Program-made: the position numbers and the translations under genes
From: Chrysomallon squamiferum
Taxonomy: Eukaryota; Animalia; Mollusca
Direction: 5' to 3'
Assembly: GCA_012295275.1 (NCBI GenBank)
Contig: CM022672.1
Span: forward strand, 25,358,001-25,422,000
DNA length: 64,000 bases
The notes under the pieces: model-generated
What the model was told of the DNA's origin: nothing
Database searches by the model: none
What the model saw: the letters and a program-made list of their open reading frames with translations, nothing else
Shown: piece after piece, positions 54,783 through 64,000 of the stretch
Layout: every line of letters starts with the position of its first letter
How positions within the stretch are numbered: position 1 is the first letter of the stretch

Positions 54783-57670
54783 ATATAAAAATGTCATGTA
54801 GATGAAAATAATTAAATAGAGTGATAATGACAGACAGACAGACAGACAGACACAGGGAGAGAGAAAGAGAGAGAGAGAGAGTTGAAAAAGAGAAATAAGA
54901 ACTTACTATTGTCTATTTCTGTGACTGCATTGACAATGTCATCAAATTTCAAAATTGTTTTCATTTTTTTGGATATAGTTTGTGTCACATCTGATAAAAC
55001 AAAATTGTTATAATCAACTGTTAGATTTCTCTGTATAACATCCTCCTTTGTCAGTCAGCATAAAATACAAAATCTATACCAAGTGTGTGCTCAGGTTAAT
55101 GCTTATTGAACTGGTTGGTTCAGAAAATCACCTTCCCAGTAATAATTGGTTTATCAAACACTTAGGCACGTACTGCCCTGTGTTTGATAAAAATGTGATA
55201 TGTCTTTTCATGTCATGTCATTATTTGAAGAGATTTTGTTACAGCATGAAATAATTTTAATTGGTCAAATGGTTTTTGATATAGAGACACCACCAGAGTT
55301 GGAGAAAATGGACTGTTGATGTTTGTATAAACGACTTGTAACTTTGCTTCATATTATCATATTACAGTTTTTAAACAAAAGCAAATATTCTAATAGGAGA
55401 GAAAGCTCAAAACTGAAAACTAATGTAAATGTGATTAAACTTGACCTTGTCAGTGCCAAAATATACACTCTTTAAAAAAAAAATAATATATATTATTATT
55501 ATTTTCTTAATATGTCTACTGACAATGTTATAGTTAAAACTACTAAATGTGTGTGTGTTTTGTTTGTCTGTAATAATTTGTCCATGTGTATGTTTATGTC
55601 TTTGTATTTGTGTTTATGTCTGTATATATATATATGTATGTCTGTGTTTGAATACATGTCAAATATAAAATGTAACTGATAAATAAATTAATAAGAACTA
55701 AATAAATGTAAAATTAAAACTATAAATACTGAATGCAATCAGTGAATATATAAATAAACAGTAAACATAAACAACTAAAAAATGTAAACACAATGAAAAA
55801 TGAATGCAATCATTGAATGCTAAATACAAACAGTAACACTAAAAGTAAACACTAAATGCAAATAATTAGTAAATATTAAACATACACAGTGAACAATAAA
55901 TGTAAATAATTAGTAAACACTAAACATACACAGTGAACAATAAATGTAAACAATTAGTAAACACTAAATGTTAAGAATTAGTAAATACTAAACATACACA
56001 TTGAACAATAAATATACAATTAGTAAATACTAAATGTAAAGAATTAGTAAATACTAAACATACACAGTGATCACTAAATGTAAATAATTAGTAAATACTA
56101 AACATACACATTGAACAATAAATATACAATTAGTAAATACTAAATGTAAAGAATTAGTAAATACTAAACATACACAGTAATCACTAAATGTAAATAATTA
56201 GTAAACACTAAACATACACTTAAATGTAAACAATTAGTAAACACTGAATGTAAACAATAGTAAACACTTAATATAAACAATTAGTAAACTCGAAAAACAA
56301 GCAATTACTGTTCACATCCTGTATAAGTGACTTGAAAACAAGGTTAAACATGTCTTTTATAATGTACCAGATATGCTGAAAACAACAGCAACATCAAAAC
56401 CATGGACATTAATGTTAATAACAATACAATATTACTGACTGCAACATACTACATCCCCTACAACACCAAATACTACTATCACTGCTAGTATTACTACTAC
56501 TGCAACTATTCTACTACTTCTATTGCCTCAACCTCTTCTACTACAACTACTACCACCATCATAACTACTACTAGTTACTATTAATTAATACCACCACAGT
56601 AGCTTGTTCTTCTTCTATAGTTACTACTATTACTGCCACAACTACCACAATCACTACTACTAAAACTGCTACTGCTGCTGTTACTAATATTTATTCCACC
56701 ACTACTGCTACTACAACTACTTCTATTACTTTTACTACTACTACAAGTACTACTATCAATTAATACTGCCTTTGCAGTGTCTTCTTTTACTCCAGTTACC
56801 AATACCACTACTTCTGTTACTATTGCCAGTACTATTACAATACTTTCTGCTACTACTCTATCATTTCCACCAAATACTATCTTGGAAAGGAACATTAAAA
56901 TTAACACCCACGCACACACTCACACACACTCACACACACACACACACACACACAACACACACACACAGAAATATAGACAAATATATAATTTATTCTTATC
57001 TCACCTTTGTAAGGATTTCCAAGAAGGTCTTAGCATCATGAAGGCTGTCTATGCATCCTTTATCAGCTTGATCAATTGCCTGAGTAAGAAGAATATTTGC
57101 TTTCCTAATATACACAGCGCTAACTCTGAAAAGAAATAGAAAAATATTACAGAATATAGAAGATAAGGTGTGGGCAATGCTGTCTGAATAATATCAGAAT
57201 ATGAGAGCAGACAAATTATTTTAACGCCTTTGGCTGGAGTTACAGCCTTTATTGACTCCTTCAGCTTCAGTATGGTGCACATCGTAGAACTTCTACTAGA
57301 AGTATTACGCTCATATTGCATAGCCAAGTCCACTACATCAACACACATATGTTTTTCTATGGACATCATCCGCTTCTTCTTCTAAGCACTGTCCTTTGCA
57401 CTCACTTTCTTACGATCCATGGTCAGAAAAAAAGAAATTTGGGAAAATACTGCACGAAACGCGAACACAACACAACAGATATACTTCCACGGCCAGGTAA
57501 CCACGCGAAGTAAAAGAGACGCGGGATGCTGGCCGGATGTTGTTGTTTGTTGCGCCAACAAGCGTGCTCGTAACTCGGATTTTGGCTCGCAACTCAAGGC
57601 AAATATCGACTAAGCGACTGTTCGTAACTCGGAAAACTCGTAAGTTAGCACTCGTAAGTCGAGGTACAAC

Positions 57671-57725
<55 letters not shown>

Positions 57726-58103
57726 TGTGGATGTCCCTGTGTGTGTATATATAAAGAAAAAAAATGATAATAATGAAGGCAATAAGAATTATATACTCAC
57801 ATAAACAAGATGCAACATATAATCGTTGTAAATATCAGGCACTCGTTTGTTTTTGCAACCTTTTTTTGAATAAAATAAAATGAAATAAACTAACCAACTA
57901 ACCAACTAACTAACTAACTAAATAAATAAATAAAGTAAGTAAGTTCTTAATATAATATTATTTTTGAATATATAATTAATCTGTGATTAATGTTTACACA
58001 AAATTAACATTATTTTTAAAAAACAAATATATATATATATATCATGTTAGAGTGATATTTATATATAAATTATAACAATATGTGACAATTTGATGTAATC
58101 TGC

Positions 58104-58161
<58 letters not shown>

Positions 58162-58973
58162 TGTATATATATACACACTGAACAAAATACGAAACTTCCG
58201 CTAACTTTTCTTGAACATAACTTGATGAAAACAAAAACCGGTACGAACACCGAGGGAGAAATTTTGACCAAGCGTGGTCCACTTAAAAACGGGTACGACT
58301 TCCTCTAAAACTGACCACAGCAAGGCATCGCAGGCGCAAAGAAATGACGAAAGTGTTGATTTCTGCCCGTGCAGTGTTGTTCCATTCCTGAATGAGCGCT
58401 TCGCGAAGTTCGCTGTATTTTAACGGGTGGGTTGGGGCGACGCCTCGGTCATCTCTCCAGACTATCCGAGACGTGCTTGGCGAGATGGGGACTTTTAGCG
58501 GGCCAGTGTCATCAATGAAACCAGTGTCATTCGTCCTAAGAAAATGTGCGGTGTCTTCAGCTGTATAGAGAGGTGGGCATTATCATGCTGAAAAATCGAA
58601 ATGTTGGCGTTGTCATTGAACCCCTGAATGACGTGATAAGCGAGAATGTCATTGCGGTAACATTGAGCATTTTAATTGCCATCAGTGACGTGAACGATAA
58701 CCACGGGCAATGGCTGCCCCACCCCCCTCTTTCAAGAACACAAAGGTCAGCGAACCGTTCATTTCTCTCCTGCGGTAGATGCGCACCCTGCCAACACCCC
58801 GTTGTAAAGATAAATCTGGATTCATCGATAAAAATAATCGATAAAATTCATGAATCCTGATCATACAGCTCAAGGCTAATATCACCTATATAATTTCATT
58901 ACACAGTAAATACTTTAACACAACAAATAGTATATGTACAAAAATTTTTTTTTTTGTTCAGTATATATATATA

Positions 58974-59008
<35 letters not shown>

Positions 59009-60897
59009 ATTTATATCTACAACTTTTCTAATTTCTATTGCTTACTATTATAACTATTACTATTTCTATCACAAACATTTTGATACGAGCGATAAAAGAC
59101 ACACGAGAACTATTGCTACCATTGCTATTGACAACTGTTACTTTCAGGAACACCACCAGAATTACACAAACACAGACATACTCATAAACAAACATATTAG
59201 TGATACGAGCAATAAAAGACACACGAGAACACACACACATACACACATTCAGACACACTGACACTTATACACACTCAGACACAATGACACACACAAACAC
59301 AGCACACTCATACGTCCTAACACTTATACACCCACACTCATACACACTGACACGTACACACACACTCATACACACTGACACTCTCACAGACACACTCATG
59401 ACACTTACACACAAACACACACACACTCATACACACACTGACACACACACTTAACACTGACACACAAACACACACACACCCATACATACTACACTGACAC
59501 AACCACTCATACACACAAACACACACACACACACTCATACACACTAACACTGACACACACTCAACATACACACACACACACAAACACACACTGACACTTA
59601 CACTTACACACAACCATACACACTGACACTTACACACAATCAAACACACTCATACAACTAACACTGATGTGGATGATACCTTTATATTTTTTTTCCTGTT
59701 GCAGTACCAGCAGCAGAGGGCAAAACAGCCACAGACTGGGAAAATCACAATATACAAACCTCCGATGACTACGATGACTAAAAATCCAGAGGCATTCTTC
59801 AGCGTCTGTGAAAATTAAACTTCAGCAAATCAGTAACTACGTATGGGGGGTATGTATAGGTGGTGTATGCTATTTTATGAACATGATGTTTTTCAGGTGT
59901 ATATATACATAAGTGTTTATTTCCGTACATACATTTATGTATTTAGGCATGCGTATTCTGTTGTCTAATGTACATCTGATTTTACAAACATTTCACAAAC
60001 ATGACATTTGAAAACGTACGTATGTAAACATGTATATGTATATATGTATGTACATCAATATGTGTGTGTGTTTATATATGTATGTTTGTATGTATATGTA
60101 TGTATATGTTTAAGGATGTGTAATATATATATATATATATATATAGGGTATATATGCGGGGAGTATATATGTGTCCATACATACATGTGTGTGTGTGTGT
60201 GTAATTTCTTTGCCTGTTAAGTCTAAGAAAAGAAACATGCCTATGCTTACAATTAACACATATGGCTCCTAATGAGACTGATAATATAACGTTTATGGAA
60301 CTATTAATACAAAGCTAAAGGGACAAACAGAGTAATACTCACTTTTTGGCTGTCTTTTTTTATATTCAGTGTCCCATTAATTGCCTTCTTCAAAAGAGCT
60401 GAATATAGATTATTATCGTTATTTTGTGTCATATATTATTACATCACATTACGTAATATTTTAATTTTCTTTATGTTGTATCATATTGTATATCTTATTT
60501 TATTTATGATTTGTGTGTTTTTGAATATTGTCTGTCTTATGTACATCTGATTAGACAATACTCGGAACGCACTGGCGCAGGAGGACAAAGACCAGTCACG
60601 ACAATTAATGTATGTATGTATGTAAATGTATGTATGTATGTATGTATGTATGTATGTATGTATGTATGTATGTATGTATGTATGTATGCATATGCATATG
60701 TGAACATAAGTAAATACATTCGTATGTCAGATTATAATTATATTGTATCATACATTATTAATGCTATTATATCTCGAATTACAGAATATCCTTCCATGGC
60801 CAGTTATAAAATATATATCAAATCATATCATGTCAAGCCAAATTATATATATTTTTTGTTAATAAAAGCTTAGTTTGTGTGGCAAATAAAACCAATA

Positions 60898-60940
<43 letters not shown>

Positions 60941-60948
60941 TAAAATAA

Positions 60949-60996
<48 letters not shown>

Positions 60997-61590
60997 AAAA
61001 TTAAAAAAAAGACAAACAGTTGAAAGAATCCAAATCCTATCTTCTTTGTGAAATAAAAATTACAAAATATTGTAATAAATCTTTATTTCATTAGTAATTT
61101 TATGATTTAAAAAAAATAGGTATAATAATAATAAAATAACACAAAAATAAAATTAAGGTGAAATTTTTTATAGACCTAAATTCTGAAAAAATAAAATACA
61201 TAAAACATACGTAACATAATTTTGATCATCATAATAATATAAAAACAGTAATTGTTTTAATTTCAACAATGTAGACGACATTTGAAACCGTTAACAGTTT
61301 TAAAAATATCATACTCACAATAGTGAAAATTTCCAGGTTCAATCATAATTTATAAAATGTCTAGGCAGTTTCATATATTCTGAATCCGTGCACTGCGGAG
61401 GCAATGTTTTATAAGATATCTCGGGTAAAGGAATGGGTGTGACCCAGTACACCGTGCCATTTGTTAAAATTATATTACCTCTTTCGTCTTTTACCTTTAT
61501 TTGGACATTGTTCGTTTGAACCAAATTAAAGGTAAGCATGAGTACTGCTGCAACTATATAATACATATTTGCTCCATAATAACGCGACAT
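39744..61590 (-). CDS. Prominin (CD133)-family five-transmembrane glycoprotein, 24 exons, ~824 aa; one apparent +1 frameshift in exon 1
   Basis: Exons 61319-61590, 60343-60398, 59680-59805, 57801-57859, 57005-57125, 56309-56375, 54907-54990, 54347-54555, 53591-53665, 53069-53132, 52489-52565, 52072-52145, 50542-50694, 50032-50155, 49384-49478, 48353-48437, 47071-47217, 45101-45187, 43704-43775, 43251-43304, 42148-42228, 40718-40786, 40152-40241, 39744-39878. Signal peptide; TM1 [20 protein letters not shown]; GSLQKVCEP; [14 protein letters not shown]; [10 protein letters not shown]; NGIWFGF...IKLHKFY. Exon sizes 56/121/75/64/153/124/85/54/81/69 match my recollection of human PROM1 exons. Confidence 0.92.
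42231..42842. repeat. 26-bp minisatellite (gaaatagcagtacactctgtttgttt), ~23 copies, abutting the prominin exon-21 acceptor
   Basis: Near-perfect tandem units with +/-4 bp variants; source of the three spurious 178-214 aa ORFs. Confidence 0.95.
44601..44704. repeat. ~2.2 copies of a 47-bp direct repeat
   Basis: ctttaaattc(t/c)ttcttgcaggtctttgctct(g/t)cacatcaaagattca repeated. Confidence 0.85.
44822..45062. repeat. Diverged ~15-bp minisatellite (aaactgttttggttg / aagctgtattggttc) beside the prominin exon-18 donor
   Basis: Periodic ctgt..tggtt motif. Confidence 0.75.
45483..45503 (-). other. Candidate 21-nt micro-exon (VSEERES) or recursive-splice exon in prominin intron 17
   Basis: attttag|GTGAGTGAAGAAAGAGAATCG|gtgagt; phase 0-0, between two phase-0 junctions. 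Confidence 0.5.
46325..47052. repeat. 36-bp minisatellite (gtattaatgtttgtatgtatgtagataggtaggtag) starting ~20 bp from the prominin exon-17 donor
   Basis: About 20 copies, most regular near the exon, grading into (TATG)n. Confidence 0.9.
55850..56290. repeat. ~21/43-bp minisatellite (aattagtaaacactaaacatacacagtgaacaataaatgtaaa) beside the prominin exon-6 donor
   Basis: Repeated aattagtaaa(c/t)actaaa core. Confidence 0.85.
57215..57672 (-). mobile_element. Tigger/pogo-like DNA transposon 5' fragment with degraded transposase N-terminus
   Basis: Terminus CAGTTGTACCTCGACTTACGAG (from 57672). Translation [61 protein letters not shown] resembles the CENP-B-type HTH of Tigger transposases; contains a stop and a deletion. 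Confidence 0.8.
58176..58963 (-). mobile_element. Internally deleted Tc1/mariner element with DDE transposase remnant
   Basis: Inverted termini ACTGAACAAAA (58177) and TTTTGTTCAGT (58952-58962) in TA-rich flanks. Minus-strand translation [27 protein letters not shown] followed by frameshifted WPAKSP and [12 protein letters not shown] segments. Confidence 0.85.
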
Positions 61591-62035
61591 AATTCATTTA
61601 ATCCATGGTACTAGTTTTGGTTTTCGTTGCCAGTGTTTTAACTTCAATGAAAGAACAGTTAATGATTTACGTAAGAAAGAATTTGCGATTCTACACCGTC
61701 GAGTTGGATTTACAAATACAACACGTAATGAAAGAAACGTCATTAAAATATTGCAAACATGACGTAATATATTTGAACATAACGAATATATATGCATTTT
61801 TGTGTTAGTATGATAGAACTTTCTTAAAATACCATTCCAGTGTTTATTTGTCAAATGACCCAGATATCAAGCAAGTTAGAATGATTACGTTGTTCAGTCA
61901 TGTGACTTTGTTACTGCTGATTCTTTGCCATTCCAGGATATATCCGTCGAATACTAACCAAACATGAGAAAAAGAAGAAATAAAATAAAATAATTAATTA
62001 AGTAATAAATAAAATAAATAAATGTGGGAAATTAT

Positions 62036-62087
<52 letters not shown>

Positions 62088-62854
62088 TTAAAATAAATAA
62101 ATAAATAAATAAATAAATAAAATAATAATTACAGAAAAAGTTGGGAATAATCGGTTATTTATTTATTGTTATGAAATTAACATACACACAAAGGTACGCA
62201 CGCATGCACACCTTTCCCACCCCTGCCACGGTCACGTGACTTGTTTATCTAAGGTTGTGGTAGAAAAATCCATTACAGAAAACAGAAAAAGTGTAATTTA
62301 TCACGTGACGACAGTGGATTTCCTCTAAAAATGTTCTGAATTTGATGACATATCGTTATAAATAAAAAGTGCATCGTTTATAATAACATAACATTTCTTT
62401 CTTATTTTTGAATTTACTTGTTTTATAACTATTACTGCTGCTACTATATCTACCAATATATTACATGTTTCCAAACAATTTTTACTGGAAATGTTGTTTT
62501 TTTTATTATTTTTTTTTTTTTTTTCTCTCTCGGTTCACCGTCTATTTTTACTAGTAATACTGTTGCTGTTTCTGTTGCCACTACTTATTTATTTATTATG
62601 ATTAGTATTATATTAATTATTCATTCATTTATTTATTCATTCATACATCCATTCATTTAAAGAAGGAAACTCATCAGTTTTCACTAAATATTGGCAAGTG
62701 TGAAGTTATTATTTTTACATACAGTCTTGCATGCACCTTCCAATCTGTTGTTTCAATCAGTTTGTGGACATTACGACAAGGCTAACATTAATTAGTAGAA
62801 ATTTTAACAACTCAAATTTTGTTCAGTATTTTATTAAACATTAGTAGTTTAATA

Positions 62855-62892
<38 letters not shown>

Positions 62893-63066
62893 AATAATGA
62901 TAATAATAATAAAGAATATTATTAACAGAAGAACAAGATTATTATGACAACAATGGTGGTATATAATCTGAGGGAGAGAAGAAGAAAAAGAAGTGGTTTT
63001 GTACACGATAACAATTATCAAATAAATTATTTATTAAATAACGGCTATAACTGGGGGGGGGGTGTT

Positions 63067-64000
63067 TCAGCACGATCCAGTTTTTAAGGAAACGTCGTCT
63101 AATGAATACGCCGACAGCCAGTCGACCACTGCGACAAACATCAGCTGAAAGAGAAATAAGAATTTTTAAAAATGTAATTATGTCGAATATCAGTAATATC
63201 GTTAATGTGTGTGTGTGTGTGTGTGTGTGTGAGAAGAAGAGGAAAATTACCAGTAGTTTATTTAAAGAAGAGATATAAAATATAAATGAACTTTAAAAAA
63301 ACAAAAACAAAAACAAAAAAACATACGAAAAATGTTTAATAGTTGTACCGAAACTTAAACATAGTAACTGTTATGAAATATTGGTTTGATAAATAATAAC
63401 AACAACAACAATAATAATAACTGTAACAGTGACAACAGCAATAATAAATAATGCACAATAACAATAACAACAATAATAATAGTGGTAGTAGTAATATTAA
63501 CTACTACTACAACTATCACCACTACAAATACTATCACAACTTACTGAGCTGTGAAGCAAAGAACTGAGATTAAATATAGAACAGGTATTTCGATAATCAG
63601 CTGTAGATAATTTAAAAATCAGTAGCGTTATCATTCCTTCTGTGACGTCAGAGTGTTAGACAAGGTTGTTTTCTGTCGTACGCTAAACGTAATATGTGCA
63701 AAAACTCTAAGAACTGTGTTAAATAAACTGAATCAAACAGAAAATTCGATTACAAATGAGATAAACAAAATTTTCTTTAGGGTCGCGTCTTTTAGAAATC
63801 AATACAAATAGCTATCTTACTTTAAATGTTCTTCCAGTTTTCAGTGGAACTGTCGCCTGCACCCAGTGTTGGTCATTGAGTCCAGCAATAGTCAGATTCC
63901 AGACGTTATGGTATTCCTTGCTGCTGTACCTCTGATACACGAAAAGTTTTCCAGGCGCGAAGCCCCAGGCGTAGTACCAGAAGCTGAGACACGCGTTTGA
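63067..64000 (-). CDS. Last two exons of a MAM-domain protein (gene begins beyond the right edge)
   Basis: Exons 63821->64000 and 63067-63144 join in phase 0: ACLSFWYYAWGFAPGKLFVYQ...VWNLTIAGLNDQHWVQATVPLKTGRTFK|LMFVAVVDWLSAYSLDDVSLKTGSC*, the typical MAM C-terminal pattern. Confidence 0.88.

Noticed and set aside
61339-61341. In-frame TGA read as selenocysteine or read-through in prominin exon 1
   Set aside because: Read-through ends the exon in phase 2 and exon 2 then hits TAA (FSFEEGN*); the homologous motif lies in the other frame.

Overview
AT-rich, microsatellite-dense animal genomic DNA, probably a lophotrochozoan such as a mollusc (inferred from composition and gene content). Most ORFs in the supplied track are simple-repeat artefacts. 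Reading splice sites by hand on the minus strand gives six coding units: a large disordered-protein exon running off the left edge (1-722), a TIR-domain ORF (11452-12000), a complete 14-exon CDC23/APC8 gene (575 aa), a 7-exon secreted trypsin-family pseudo-protease (274 aa), a 24-exon prominin/CD133-family gene (~824 aa) with a 1-bp frameshift in exon 1, and the last two exons of a MAM-domain gene. The plus strand has one intronless 240-aa orphan ORF. There are also hAT, Tigger/pogo, Tc1 and 24-bp-TIR MITE transposon remnants. The most unusual signal is that splice-junction sequence has been copied in tandem into the adjacent intron at six sites in three genes. The clearest case is CDC23 intron 8, where each repeat unit is an AG/GT-bounded copy of the exon end. 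Family assignments come from recalled reference motifs; no database searches were run.
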